Of a stretch of DNA of 64,000 bases, positions 38,992 to 49,637 are shown in pieces. The notes under the pieces are model-generated. The model had not been told where the DNA came from. It made no database searches and saw only the letters and a list, made by a program, of their open reading frames with translations. Source of the DNA: Paludibacteraceae bacterium (GTDB lineage: Bacteria > Bacteroidota > Bacteroidia > Bacteroidales > Paludibacteraceae); NCBI GenBank assembly GCA_905236355.1, contig CAJOPG010000134.1, positions 4,595 to 68,594 on the forward strand. The letters are read 5' to 3'. Made by a program: the position numbers and the translations under genes. Position 1 is the stretch's first letter; every line of letters starts with the position of its first letter.

Positions 38992-40473
38992 TTACAACGT
39001 TACGCCATTTTTGAAGATTGCTATCTCATGATAACCACTCCGCTCGTTGTTGGTGAGATTGCCGCTTGCCACACCCAATACAAAGTCAATAAAACGTTTG
39101 TTTACTTCTTCCATAGGCTCACCTTCGGCAATGACGCCGGCATTGAAATCTATCCAGTTGGGCTTATTGCGGTAGAGGTTGCTGTTGGTGCTTACCTTTA
39201 CTGTGGGAACATAGGTCCCGAAAGGTGTGCCGCGTCCTGTAGTGAAGAGCACTATATGGCAGCCCGCACTGGCAAGCGCTGTACTTGCCACAAGGTCGTT
39301 ACCCGGAGCAGAGAGCAGATTCAATCCTTTTGTCTGTATCCGCTCTCCGTATGCCATCACGCCCCTGACAAGCGACTTGCCGCACTTTTGTGTACAGCCC
39401 AACGCCTTATCTTCCAGTGTACTGATACCACCGGCTTTATTACCCGGCGAAGGATTCTCGCCCACAGGTTCACCATGAGAGAGAAAGTAGTCTTTGAAGT
39501 CATTGATGAGGCTCACGGTTTGGTCAAATAACACGCGGTTGGCACAACGATTCATCAAAATGGTCTCAGCGCCGAACATCTCCGGCACTTCGGTAAGCAC
39601 GGTGGTGCCTCCTTGAGCCACCAGCCAGTCGGAGAGCATGCCGAGAAGCGGATTGGCAGTGATACCTGAGAAACCGTCGGAGCCTCCGCATTTCAGACCT
39701 ATGCGCAACTCGCTGACCGATATGGGCTCGCGTTTGTCTTGTTGCATTTTCTGATATAACTCACGGGCGAGATTGAGTCCGTATTCAACCTCGTCTCCTT
39801 CCGCTTTCTGTGATACCATGAAACGCACACGGTCGTGGTCGTAGTCACCGATGAACTGCTCAAACACATCGGGTTGGTTATTCTCACAGCCGAGCCCCAC
39901 TACCAGCACAGCACCTGCGTTGGGGTGAAGCACCATGTCGCGCAGAATCTTCTTCGTATTCTCGTGGTCGTCGCCCAATTGCGAGCACCCATAGTTGTGC
40001 GGGAAAGCGAAAATATTATCTCCGCCTGTTTCCTGACGCAGACGCGCTGCTATCTTCTCTATTATTCCGTTTACACACCCCACGGTGGGTATAATCCAAA
40101 ACTCGTTGCGGATACCCACATTACCATTCTTGCGGCGATAACCAAGAAAAGTGCGTTGCTCGTCAGGGATATTGAGCACCACATCTGTGGGGTGATACTC
40201 ATAAGAGAGCAGGCCTGCAAGGTTGGTTTTAATGTTATGCTCATTCATCCACGAACCCGCCTTCTTCGTCTCACAGGCATGACCTATAGGGAAACCGTAT
40301 TTGATCACATTCTCCCCCTCGGCAAGGTCGCGTATGGCAATTTTGTGCCCCGCAGGTACATCTTCCAAAACGGTTATTTGTTTGCCGTCAACGGTTATCA
40401 CCGCCCCCTTCGGCTGAGGCTGAATGGCTACCACAACATTGTCAGCGGAATTGATTTTAAGAACAGAAGTCAT
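38992..40473 (-). CDS. uxaA: Altronate dehydratase UxaA
   Basis: N-terminal SAF domain (DNVVVA, GHKIA, IKYGFPIG), HNYGCSQLGDD, KCGGSDGFSGITANP, FTTGRGTP. Own promoter (-7 at 40508-40515, -33 at 40535-40538). Confidence 0.95.
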   Translation of the reverse strand: MTSVLKINSADNVVVAIQPQPKGAVITVDGKQITVLEDVPAGHKIAIRDLAEGENVIKYGFPIGHACETKKAGSWMNEHNIKTNLAGLLSYEYHPTDVVLNIPDEQRTFLGYRRKNGNVGIRNEFWIIPTVGCVNGIIEKIAARLRQETGGDNIFAFPHNYGCSQLGDDHENTKKILRDMVLHPNAGAVLVVGLGCENNQPDVFEQFIGDYDHDRVRFMVSQKAEGDEVEYGLNLARELYQKMQQDKREPISVSELRIGLKCGGSDGFSGITANPLLGMLSDWLVAQGGTTVLTEVPEMFGAETILMNRCANRVLFDQTVSLINDFKDYFLSHGEPVGENPSPGNKAGGISTLEDKALGCTQKCGKSLVRGVMAYGERIQTKGLNLLSAPGNDLVASTALASAGCHIVLFTTGRGTPFGTYVPTVKVSTNSNLYRNKPNWIDFNAGVIAEGEPMEEVNKRFIDFVLGVASGNLTNNERSGYHEIAIFKNGVTL

Positions 40474-40535
40474 ATAAATAGATTTTTAGCACTGGCGTTA
40501 TCGTTTGCAAAGATATGAATAAAAATTGATTGTAC

Positions 40536-40567
40536 AAAAAGGTAGGGGCGGGTCCATCTACCCGCCC
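40536..40567 (-). terminator. Intrinsic terminator after uxaB
   Basis: GGGCGGGT/ACCCGCCC stem (40546-40567) followed on the minus strand by a T5 run. Confidence 0.6.
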
Positions 40568-40600
40568 TATACATGAAAACATAATATGTCCGGTCTGTAT

Positions 40601-42085
40601 TCAGAGAATCGACTTTACGGTCTCTAACATACCCTTCTCTTGGATGTCTTTCAGGAAGCCGCATACCATATCTGTCAGACCGGGTATCTCATTGAGATTC
40701 TGTTTCGACTCTTTCCAGATGATGTCGGTAGCACCAAGCACGCCTTCTGTCACTTTTCTTAAGTCGCCTGTTGCCCAAAGTTGCTGCAAGAGGTCCATGA
40801 TTTCCTGTGCATCGTTAGGCTGGATGGGTGCACCGTCGGCACGAGTGCCGCCCTTGTAATAAGTAATGATGGCCGCCAAGCCGAGCACGAGGCCCCTGGG
40901 CAGTTCACCTTTGCGCTCCAAATAAGTCTTCAAGCCCGGCAAGTCACGCGTCTCAAACTTCGGGAAGGAGTTGAGCATAATGCTGGTAACGGCATGATCA
41001 ACATAAGGGTTATTGAAACGTTCCAATACACTCTCACCATAAGCACGGAGCTCGTCCTTGGGAAGATTGAGGGTCTCTAACAACTCGTCAAACATAACCT
41101 TGTGGATATACCTGCCCAACACCTCATGGTTGCAGGCGTCACGCACAATGTTGACGCCACTCAGGTAGGTGACAGGTGAAAGAACCGTATGAGGACCGTT
41201 GAGCAAAGTCACCTTGCGCTCGTGGTAAGGTTTCTCGCTTTCTGCAATCAGCACATTCAAACCCGCTTTGTTGGCAGGGAACTCCGCCTCAAGTTCTGCT
41301 ATTGACATGTTTTCGGGTTTCTCTATCACCCACAGATGGAATATCTCGGCTTGCACAACCAAATTGTCGGCATAGCCTATCTTTTCCTGAATCTCGGCAA
41401 TGTCCTTGCGGGGGAAACCCGGCACAATGCGGTCAACCAATGTGGCACATACATAGTTGTATTTTTCAAACCATTCTTTGAAGCCTGCATAGTCGGCACC
41501 GAAGTCATCTTTCCACAACTCGATATATTTGCGGATGCAGTCTTTCAAATGATGCCCGTTGAGGAAGATGAGTTCGCACGGCATAAAGATAAGACCCTTC
41601 TTGGGGTCACCCTCAAAGGTCTTGTAGCGACGAAAGAGCAGTTGCACCAACTTGCCCGGATAAGACGATGCGGGAGCATCGGCAAACTTGCAAGCAGGGT
41701 CGAAAGTGATACCCGCTTCAGTAGTATTGGAGATGACAAAACGAATCTCCGGCTGGTCGGCCAGTGCCATAAAGGCGGCATTCTGGCTGTAAGGATTCAA
41801 GGCACGACTGATGACATCAATACGCTCAAGCGAGTTGACAGTCTCACCCTTCAAACGCCCTTGCAAATTGACATGATAGAGACAGTCCTGTCCATTGAGC
41901 CATTCCGCCATACCTTTGTCAATGGGCTGAACCACTGCCACCGAACCGTTGAAATTGGTTTTGGCATTCATATTCCATACAATCCAGTCGATAAACGCAC
42001 GAAGGAAATTACCTTCGCCAAACTGAATGATTTTTTCAGGAGCCGCCGACTTTGGAGCGGTAAATCTGTTTAATGCTTTTTTCAT
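40601..42085 (-). CDS. uxaB: Tagaturonate reductase (altronate oxidoreductase) UxaB
   Basis: IIQFGEGNFLRAF, SNTTEAGI, PCELI, LVDRIVPG, LLNGPHT, RFNNPY. Promoter -7 at 42200-42207. Confidence 0.95.
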   Translation of the reverse strand: MKKALNRFTAPKSAAPEKIIQFGEGNFLRAFIDWIVWNMNAKTNFNGSVAVVQPIDKGMAEWLNGQDCLYHVNLQGRLKGETVNSLERIDVISRALNPYSQNAAFMALADQPEIRFVISNTTEAGITFDPACKFADAPASSYPGKLVQLLFRRYKTFEGDPKKGLIFMPCELIFLNGHHLKDCIRKYIELWKDDFGADYAGFKEWFEKYNYVCATLVDRIVPGFPRKDIAEIQEKIGYADNLVVQAEIFHLWVIEKPENMSIAELEAEFPANKAGLNVLIAESEKPYHERKVTLLNGPHTVLSPVTYLSGVNIVRDACNHEVLGRYIHKVMFDELLETLNLPKDELRAYGESVLERFNNPYVDHAVTSIMLNSFPKFETRDLPGLKTYLERKGELPRGLVLGLAAIITYYKGGTRADGAPIQPNDAQEIMDLLQQLWATGDLRKVTEGVLGATDIIWKESKQNLNEIPGLTDMVCGFLKDIQEKGMLETVKSIL

Positions 42086-42290
42086 GTTTATATGTTTTAA
42101 GTTAATCGCCTTTGCTTGTTATTTCTATATATAATAGTCTCGTTTCATAGTTCAGTTGCGCATCTCTCCTTATCCCGACAATGCGCACTTCTCATGGTGC
42201 AAAGATACTTTCTTTTATCCATACATGATGCCGCAAACTGACATATTTTGTGGAATAATTGGAATTTCATGCCATTATATTTAATAGGAG

Positions 42291-42356
42291 TATGATAGCA
42301 GTATGGTAGAAGCATCCCTGCATCATCGAAGGATCATCGAAACATCAAAAGCCCGT
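42291..42356 (-). repeat. 11-bp-period intergenic array, family B copy 4
   Basis: Reverse complement reads ACGGGCTTTTG ATGTTTCGATG ATCCTTCGATG ATGCAGGGATG CTTCTACCATA CTGCTATCATA. Confidence 0.85.
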
Positions 42357-42540
42357 ACTGCCTCTCAACAAAGGCTACTAAAAAACATCTGACATCAAAA
42401 ACTCTTATCTTTGATACAGACCGGTGACTTTTTACAGGTTTTTTTATTTTTGATTTTCCATTTCTAATTATAATTTGTATCTTTGCCGATTGAAAGTCTT
42501 GAAAAACAAAGAAAGAAAAGAGTATAAAACAGACAATACT

Positions 42541-43317
42541 ATGCTCAAATCCAAAAACGAAATTATTAGCAACTGGCTTCCGCGCTACACTCAGCGAAAT
42601 CTGAATGACTTCACCAACTTGATACTGCTGACCAACTTCAACCATTATGTGCAACTATTTGCCGAGAAGTATCAGGTGGATATAGTGGGAGAGTCTGGTT
42701 CCATGCCCAATGCGAGTGCCAACGGCATAACCATTATCAACTTCGGAATAGGCAGTCCGAATGCTGCCTTGATTATGGATTTGCTGCCAGCAATCAATCC
42801 TCGTGCCGTATTATTTCTCGGCAAATGCGGCGGATTGCGCACGAAAAACAGGATAGGAGACTATATTCTTCCCTCTGCCGCCATCCGTGGAGAAGGCACT
42901 TCCAACGACTATTTCCCGCCCGAAATACCGGCACTACCCGCTTTTAACCTGCTCCGTGCAGCAAGCGCTTGTATCCGTGACTTCGGACATGACTATTGGA
43001 CCGGAACCATTTATACCACCAACCGGCGCGTGTGGGAACACGACGAGGCGTTTCGCAACAAGCTGAAACAGAGCAAAGCGTATGCCGTGGATATGGAAAC
43101 CGCCACTTTGTTTTCTGCCGGATTTTACAACAGTATTCCAACCGGTGCGGTGCTACTCGTATCTGACAAGCCACTGGAACCCGACGGTATCAAAACCAAC
43201 GAGACAGACAAAAAGACCACGGCTGTCTTTGCCGGCGAACATCTGGGAATAGGCATCCGCACACTGGAAACCATCCGCGACAACACCATTACATTGAAGC
43301 ACTTGAGATTTGACTGA
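42541..43317 (+). CDS. amn: AMP nucleosidase (Bacteroidetes short type)
   Basis: NWLPRYT, ILLTNF, FGIGSPNAA, FLGKCGGL, AVDMETAT. Start moved to 42541, downstream of the -7 box at 42478-42485. Confidence 0.88.
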   Translation: MLKSKNEIISNWLPRYTQRNLNDFTNLILLTNFNHYVQLFAEKYQVDIVGESGSMPNASANGITIINFGIGSPNAALIMDLLPAINPRAVLFLGKCGGLRTKNRIGDYILPSAAIRGEGTSNDYFPPEIPALPAFNLLRAASACIRDFGHDYWTGTIYTTNRRVWEHDEAFRNKLKQSKAYAVDMETATLFSAGFYNSIPTGAVLLVSDKPLEPDGIKTNETDKKTTAVFAGEHLGIGIRTLETIRDNTITLKHLRFD

Positions 43318-43341
43318 TGGAGGAAGTGGAAAACTGAGGAA

Positions 43342-44367
43342 ATGAAAAGTTACGATGACATAATGCGTGACCTGCAGCAGGAAAAATACGCGCCTGTGTA
43401 TTTTCTTTTTGGTGAGGAGCCCTATTATATAGACAGGGTGAGCGACTATATAGAAAATAACATTCTGGATGATATGGCACGCGAGTTTGACCAAATGGTT
43501 GTATATGGCAAGGACTATGAGCGTGACATGTCGCCCATTATCTCTGCCGCACGGCGTTTCCCGATGATGGGCAAGCAGGTGATTATTGTAAAAGAAGCAC
43601 AAAATATCAAGAGTTTTGAGCCCTTGGACCTCTATATGCAACAGCTGATGCCCACCACTCTGCTGGTGTTCTGCTACAAATACGGCAAACCCGACAAGCG
43701 TTTGAAAGTGTTCAAACGCATAGAAGAAGCGGGAGGAGTGATGATGGAGTCAAAACTGCTCCGCGACTCTCAGGTGGGAAAATGGATATTGGATTACATT
43801 AGGGACTGGAACAAGCAGAAAGGTCAGCAAGTGACTATCAGTGAACAGGTAGTAGCTTTATTGGCAGAGTCGTTAGGCAACGACCTTACCAAAATAGTGG
43901 GAGAACTGAAAAAACTGACCGACGGACGCCCTGAAGGAGTAAACGAGATAACTCCCGAACTTGTAGAGAGAAATATCGGCATCAGCAAAGACTTCAATGT
44001 TTTCGAGCTGCAGAATGCCCTGCGTGACGGGGATGTACTGAAAGCCAACCGCATTGTGCGCTACTTTGCCCAAAGCAAACAACACTCCATACAGAAAGAG
44101 TTGATATCGCTTTTCAGTTGGTTCCAGAATTTGATGATATTTCATTATTTGCCGGACAAGTCGGGCCCTGCCGTAGAAAAAGTCTTGGGAATAAATCGTT
44201 ATTTTGTAAAGGACTATGTTGCCGCAGCACGCAGATACAACGCAATGAAAACTTTCCGCATTATCGGCTGGATAAGAGAGACTGATGCTCGGAGTAAGGG
44301 TATTGGCAATTCTTCTGCCGACGACCTTGCTTTATGGCAAGAACTAATATACAAAATCATGCATTAG
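43342..44367 (+). CDS. holA: DNA polymerase III delta subunit
   Basis: PVYFLFGEEPYYID, ARRFPMM, VKEAQ, IGISKDFNVFELQ. Confidence 0.92.
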   Translation: MKSYDDIMRDLQQEKYAPVYFLFGEEPYYIDRVSDYIENNILDDMAREFDQMVVYGKDYERDMSPIISAARRFPMMGKQVIIVKEAQNIKSFEPLDLYMQQLMPTTLLVFCYKYGKPDKRLKVFKRIEEAGGVMMESKLLRDSQVGKWILDYIRDWNKQKGQQVTISEQVVALLAESLGNDLTKIVGELKKLTDGRPEGVNEITPELVERNIGISKDFNVFELQNALRDGDVLKANRIVRYFAQSKQHSIQKELISLFSWFQNLMIFHYLPDKSGPAVEKVLGINRYFVKDYVAAARRYNAMKTFRIIGWIRETDARSKGIGNSSADDLALWQELIYKIMH

Positions 44368-44380
44368 AAAGAAAAGATAT

Positions 44381-47035
44381 ATGAAGCGCCTTTTGCTTAT
44401 AGATGCCTATGCGATGATATATCGTGCGTACTACGCTTTCATGCAACATCCGCGAGTTACTTCCTTCGGACAAAACACCTCCGCTATATACGGGTTTGTC
44501 ATTACCTTGGAAGACCTGCTCAGGAAAGTACAGCCGACGCATATAGCCGTGGCTTTCGACCCCAAGGGAAAGACTTTCCGTCATGAGGCGTTTGAGGCAT
44601 ACAAGGCGCAGCGGCAAGCCACACCCGAAGACATCCATGCTGCAGTTCCTTACATTAAAGACATCTTGTCGGCTATGAATATCGCCACTCTGGAAGTGGC
44701 AGGTTTTGAAGCCGATGATGTAATAGGCACTATGTCAAAAAAGGCGGAGGCTGAAGGCTTTGAAGTGCTGATGGCTACCCCCGACAAAGATTATGGTCAG
44801 TTGGTGACAGAGAATGTACATATCTACCGACCGCGACATACCGGAGGCTTTGAAGACATGGGACCCAAGGAAGTTTGTGCCAAATACGGCATAAATTCAA
44901 CTGCTCAGATTATTGATTTGTTAGCCTTGATGGGAGACAGTTCCGACAACATTCCCGGTTGCAAGGGTGTGGGAGAGAAAACGGCTGTCTCTCTGTTACA
45001 AGAGTTCGGCAACATAGAGAACCTGCTCGCCAATACGCAACAATTAAAAGGTGCTCTGCGGACCAAAGTGGAGACACAAACAGAAGCTATTCGTTTCTCT
45101 TATTTTCTGGCTACCATACGGACGGATGTACCCATTGACATAGAAGAAGAGGAGTTCAGATGCAAGGAAATAAATCTGCCTGCACTTGCCGCAATATATC
45201 AGTCGCTTGAATTCCGCAGTCTGCTAAAGAAATATAACATACCGCAGGATGAGGGTTCTGTTACGCCTGTGCCTGCAACAAAGAAACAGGGAGAGACGGA
45301 TTTGTTTTCAGAGACGGCAGTAGCGGATGTACCGGCATTAACAAAGTTGGATGTTCAACCACAAGAGGGTCTTCCACCGCGGATTACGGATTCATGGCTC
45401 GGCATAGCAGTGGTGCAGGGCGGGACGACTCCGACTCCTGTGCGAGACCTCTTTTCCGCTTTGGAGGAAGAGCCTCTGACAGTATATCTTACTACAGACG
45501 GAACAGCCATATATAAAACCGACTTAAACAGCTCTGTCAAACGACTATTGGAAGACTGTACGATAAGGAAGACAGGGTTTGACTTGAAAAACGACTACAA
45601 GCAGTTAAAAAAACGAGGAGTGATTCTGAAGGGAGAGTTGTATGATACAACTGTTGCACACTATCTTCTCCAGCCTGAGCAGCGTCATGAGACAGATTAT
45701 TTGGCAGAGATATATCTTCATTGCGCATGCGAGGACACTCCTGCAAGCAAGTTGGCGGCGGCATGGCGTTTGTGCGAGCGACTGCAACAAGAGTGGAAGC
45801 AGCAAAATGCCTCATACGATATATTGAGTGTGGAAATGCAACTTATTCCTGTATTGGCAGATATGGAAACAGCGGGAGTGAAGTTTGACACACAGGTATT
45901 GCATGAAGCATCGCTCCATCTGAAAGAAGAGTTGGACACCTTGGAAAAAGAGATACTACAATTGTCCGGCACTGATTTTAACATCAACTCCCCCCGCCAA
46001 GTAGGTGATGTATTGTTTGAGACCTTAAAACTTGATCCTAAGGCCAAGCGGACAAAGAGCGGGCAGTATGTTACTTCAGAGGAGGTACTGCAAGAGTTGC
46101 AAAGCAAGCACCCTATAGTGGAAAAGATATTAGACTATCGCGCGATAAAGAAGTTGTTATCCACTTATGTTGAGGCACTTCCTGCGATGTCGGACCCTGT
46201 TACAGGCAAGGTGCATACCACCTACAACCAGACCATAACGGCAACCGGCCGGTTGTCCAGCAGCAATCCCAACCTGCAGAATCTGCCTATCCGCAGTGAG
46301 CGCGGGAAAGATATTCGCAGAGCGGTGATACCTGACAAAGGCTGTGTGTTCTTCAGTGCCGACTACTCACAGATAGAACTCCGTCTGATGGCACATTTTT
46401 CACAAGACGAACATCTGCTTCAGGCATTCCGCGAAAGACAGGACATTCATGCCGCAACGGCGGCGAAGATATTCGGCTGCCCTATCGAAGAAGTGAGCAA
46501 GGACATGCGCCGACGGGCAAAAACCGCCAATTTCGGCATCATCTACGGTATATCCGCCTTCGGTCTATCGCAACAACTCCACTCTTCAAGGCAGGAAGCA
46601 AAAGAACTCATTGACGGTTATTTTGCATCTTTTCCGCGAGTGATGCAATACATCGAACAACAAAAGCAGACGGCACGGGAACAGGGATATGTGGAAACCA
46701 TGTTTGGCAGAAGACGCTATTTGCCGGACATCAACTCCCGCAATGCCACCGTCCGCAATTTTGCCGAGCGAAACGCCGTCAATGCACCTATACAAGGGAC
46801 AGCAGCGGACATTATCAAGATAGCGATGGTGCGTATCGCCAAACGGCTGCAAGAGCAGCATCTTCGTGCCCGGATGATTATGCAGGTACATGATGAGTTG
46901 AACTTCAATGTACCGCAGGAAGAGTTGGCGCAAGTTAGAGATATAGTGAAATACGAAATGGAGCACGCTGTTGAATTACGTGTCCCATTGGTGGCAGACT
47001 GCGGCAACGGCAGTAACTGGCTGGAGGCCCATTAA
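44381..47035 (+). CDS. polA: DNA polymerase I
   Basis: 5'-3' exonuclease motifs (EADDVIG, GDSSDNIPG), TGRLSSSNPNLQN, DYSQIELR, AKTANFGIIYG, QVHDEL. Confidence 0.97.
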   Translation: MKRLLLIDAYAMIYRAYYAFMQHPRVTSFGQNTSAIYGFVITLEDLLRKVQPTHIAVAFDPKGKTFRHEAFEAYKAQRQATPEDIHAAVPYIKDILSAMNIATLEVAGFEADDVIGTMSKKAEAEGFEVLMATPDKDYGQLVTENVHIYRPRHTGGFEDMGPKEVCAKYGINSTAQIIDLLALMGDSSDNIPGCKGVGEKTAVSLLQEFGNIENLLANTQQLKGALRTKVETQTEAIRFSYFLATIRTDVPIDIEEEEFRCKEINLPALAAIYQSLEFRSLLKKYNIPQDEGSVTPVPATKKQGETDLFSETAVADVPALTKLDVQPQEGLPPRITDSWLGIAVVQGGTTPTPVRDLFSALEEEPLTVYLTTDGTAIYKTDLNSSVKRLLEDCTIRKTGFDLKNDYKQLKKRGVILKGELYDTTVAHYLLQPEQRHETDYLAEIYLHCACEDTPASKLAAAWRLCERLQQEWKQQNASYDILSVEMQLIPVLADMETAGVKFDTQVLHEASLHLKEELDTLEKEILQLSGTDFNINSPRQVGDVLFETLKLDPKAKRTKSGQYVTSEEVLQELQSKHPIVEKILDYRAIKKLLSTYVEALPAMSDPVTGKVHTTYNQTITATGRLSSSNPNLQNLPIRSERGKDIRRAVIPDKGCVFFSADYSQIELRLMAHFSQDEHLLQAFRERQDIHAATAAKIFGCPIEEVSKDMRRRAKTANFGIIYGISAFGLSQQLHSSRQEAKELIDGYFASFPRVMQYIEQQKQTAREQGYVETMFGRRRYLPDINSRNATVRNFAERNAVNAPIQGTAADIIKIAMVRIAKRLQEQHLRARMIMQVHDELNFNVPQEELAQVRDIVKYEMEHAVELRVPLVADCGNGSNWLEAH

Positions 47036-47063
47036 GCAGATTCTCAAGCATCAACCATTACTT

Positions 47064-47119
47064 TAAGAAAACAGAAATACTATATCTCTGTTTCTTAGTA
47101 AGACTGTTTCTTAGTAAGA
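47064..47119. repeat. Imperfect hairpin plus 16-bp tandem duplication between convergent polA and clpX
   Basis: TAAGAAAACAGA...TCTGTTTCTTA hairpin. CTGTTTCTTAGTAAGA occurs twice (47088-47103, 47104-47119). Confidence 0.7.
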
Positions 47120-47217
47120 GGGTACTGCTAAAAAATTCACGCTCTTAGGATACCTTCAAAAGATTGATATAACCTTACTTTTATTTGTTTCCGGTCAAAT
47201 TCCGTTTATCTCTTTTT

Positions 47218-48495
47218 CTACAGAGCATTCTTCAGCCGGAGCATGTTGGCCGCTTCTATTTTTTGACGGGCATAGTCGAGTGTGACAACATACTCTGAAT
47301 TTTTGGTTTCTTTGCCCGGCACTTCGTACATGACATCCATCATGAGTGTCTCCATGAGCGAGCGTAGTCCCCGTGCACCCAGTTTGTATTCCACTGCTTT
47401 TTCCACTACATAGTCGAGCACTTGAGGTTCAAAGGCAAGTCTCACACCATCCATCTCAAGCAGTTTGACATATTGCTTCACTATAGCATTTTTCGGTTCG
47501 GTGAGAATATTGCGGAGCGCTTCCATAGAGAGCGGCTGAAGATAGGTGATGACGGGTAGCCGGCCTATAATTTCGGGAATGAGGCCGAATGACTTCAGAT
47601 CTTGCGGGGCAATATATTGGAGAAGGTTGTTTTTGTCAATTTGCTGACGCTTGCCCACGGAGTCGAATCCAACGACCTGCGTATTGAGTCGTTGAGCGAT
47701 TTTACGTTCGATTCCGTCGAAGGCGCCGCCGCAGATGAAGAGTATGTTCTGCGTGTTGACATGCACGAATTCCTGCTCGGGATGTTTTCTTCCTCCTTGT
47801 GGCGGCACATTGACCACGGAGCCTTCCAAGAGTTTGAGCAGTGCCTGTTGTACACCTTCGCCCGAGACATCTCGTGTGATGCTCGGATTGTCGGACTTCC
47901 GCGCGATTTTATCGATTTCGTCAATGAAGACGATACCTCGTTCCGCCTGACGGACATCATAGTCACATTCCTGCAAGAGTCGTGAGAGCAGCGACTCGAC
48001 ATCTTCCCCCACATAGCCTGCCTGCGTGAGTACAGTAGCATCCACAATGGTGAAGGGTACTTGCAGCATTTTGGCGATGGTTTTGGCGAGGAGCGTTTTG
48101 CCAGTTCCTGTAGGTCCGACGAGTATTATATTGGATTTTTCTATTTCCACATCATCCGCAGCAGCGGGCTGAAGGATGCGTTTGTAGTGATTATACACCG
48201 CTACAGAAAGGTATTTTTTTGCATCATCCTGTCCGATGACATACATGTCGAGGAACGCCTTGATATCAGCCGGCTTGGGCAGTTTGTCAAGTGCGAGTTC
48301 TGTTTTGGCGGATTTCCGGGTGTTTTTTGGGGAGTCGTCCTTTTGAGTCGCTATCAGCCCCATCTCTTTCAGAATTTCGTTTGCCTGTTCAATACAATCA
48401 GGACAGATATACGCCCCGTCTATACCTGAAAGGAGGTTAGGCACTTCTCTTCCACAGAAAGAACAAAGAGTTTTTGGGGTATTTTTTTTTGCCAT
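47218..48495 (-). CDS. clpX: ATP-dependent Clp protease ATP-binding subunit ClpX
   Basis: CSFCG zinc finger, [32 protein letters not shown]. Start moved to the ATG at 48495. Confidence 0.97.
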   Translation of the reverse strand: MAKKNTPKTLCSFCGREVPNLLSGIDGAYICPDCIEQANEILKEMGLIATQKDDSPKNTRKSAKTELALDKLPKPADIKAFLDMYVIGQDDAKKYLSVAVYNHYKRILQPAAADDVEIEKSNIILVGPTGTGKTLLAKTIAKMLQVPFTIVDATVLTQAGYVGEDVESLLSRLLQECDYDVRQAERGIVFIDEIDKIARKSDNPSITRDVSGEGVQQALLKLLEGSVVNVPPQGGRKHPEQEFVHVNTQNILFICGGAFDGIERKIAQRLNTQVVGFDSVGKRQQIDKNNLLQYIAPQDLKSFGLIPEIIGRLPVITYLQPLSMEALRNILTEPKNAIVKQYVKLLEMDGVRLAFEPQVLDYVVEKAVEYKLGARGLRSLMETLMMDVMYEVPGKETKNSEYVVTLDYARQKIEAANMLRLKNAL

Positions 48496-48499
48496 TACT

Positions 48500-49162
48500 T
48501 TATTTCTTTTTGTCAAACACCTTGTCAATCATACCATATTGAAGTGCTTCTTGTGCTGTCATCCAGTAGTCACGGTCGGCATCGGCGATAATTTTATCCA
48601 TTGCCTGTCCGGAATGATTGGAGATAATCTGGTAGAGTTCTTCCTTGAGTTTGAGTATTTCGCGGGCGGTGATTTCGATGTCGGAGGCTTGTCCTTGAAT
48701 ACCTCCCATGGGCTGATGAATCATGACTCTGCTGTGAGGGAGTGCGGCACGCATGCCTTTCTCTCCGGCCACGAGGAGTACGGCTCCCATGGATGCAGCC
48801 ATACCGGTACAGATGGTTGCTACTTTGGCATTGATGAACTGCATGGTGTCGTAGATACCCAAACCGGCATATACGCTTCCTCCGGGAGTATTGAGATAGA
48901 GTGATATATCGCGGTCAGCATCGGCGGAGTCAAGATAGAGGAGTTGTGCTTGAATGACATTAGCGGTATAGTCATTCACCTCAGTGCCGAGGAAGATGAT
49001 ACGGTCCATCATAAGGCGGGAGAAGACATCCATTTGTGTTACATTGAGTTGTCGTTCTTCCAGAATGGAAGGGGAGATATAAGAGGCGGAAGCCTGCATA
49101 GCATTTTCCACATGCATGGTATTCATGCCCATGCCTTTAGCAAATTTAAGGAAATCGTTCAT
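48500..49162 (-). CDS. clpP: ATP-dependent Clp protease proteolytic subunit ClpP
   Basis: [33 protein letters not shown]. Start moved to the ATG at 49162, downstream of the -7 box at 49190-49197. Confidence 0.96.
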   Translation of the reverse strand: MNDFLKFAKGMGMNTMHVENAMQASASYISPSILEERQLNVTQMDVFSRLMMDRIIFLGTEVNDYTANVIQAQLLYLDSADADRDISLYLNTPGGSVYAGLGIYDTMQFINAKVATICTGMAASMGAVLLVAGEKGMRAALPHSRVMIHQPMGGIQGQASDIEITAREILKLKEELYQIISNHSGQAMDKIIADADRDYWMTAQEALQYGMIDKVFDKKK

Positions 49163-49322
49163 ATCAGTTGGAATATTGTTAATAGGCCGCAAAGGTACGA
49201 AGAAAAGTGAAAAGAGGAAAGAGAAAAGTGACTGAGGGAGTGGTTGGGGGTGTTTTAGGATGGTTTCGGGTGGTTTGGAAATGGCTTCGGGTGGTTTGGG
49301 ATGGTAGTTATAGGGCTTTATC

Positions 49323-49435
49323 CTAATATGTTGATATTATGCTTATCTTATGTTGATGTTATGTTGATGTTATGTTCATCTTATGTTTATCTTATGTTTG
49401 CCTATACTGATTATGAGGGAGTTACACCGGTTTTT
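49323..49435 (-). repeat. Composite intergenic element, family A copy 2 (conserved leader plus six to seven 11-bp units)
   Basis: Reverse complement reads AAAAACC-N4-TAACTCC-N5-AATCAG-N5-GC AAACATAAGAT AAACATAAGAT GAACATAACAT CAACATAACAT CAACATAAGAT AAGCATAATAT CAACATATTAG. Confidence 0.9.
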
Positions 49436-49637
49436 AAGTTTAAAATCAAAGTAAACCATTGGATTTGTGTTAATTATGACAGGGAGCAGTTTTGCCATGA
49501 TACCACGATTCGGGTTTATTTTTCTTGAAAGCGCCAGCATTGTTGTATAATTTCAGGAAAAAGTGTATCTTTGCAGGTTGAAGCAAGAGGAAGACGGTCG
49601 ATTTGACATGTTTTCGAAATGATATACGAGACTGAAC

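Noticed and set aside
37157..42352. Invertible segment bounded by the 29-bp inverted identity (also the 35-bp family A pair)
   Set aside because: No recombinase in the window and the repeats belong to dispersed families in both orientations. Read-pair data could still test for inversion.
25993..49435. CRISPR interpretation of the repeat arrays
   Set aside because: Units are 11 bp and contiguous, with no unique spacers and no cas genes.
33000..49600. Replication origin inferred from the C-to-G skew change
   Set aside because: The skew appears to flip several times, and I saw no DnaA-box cluster or origin-linked genes.
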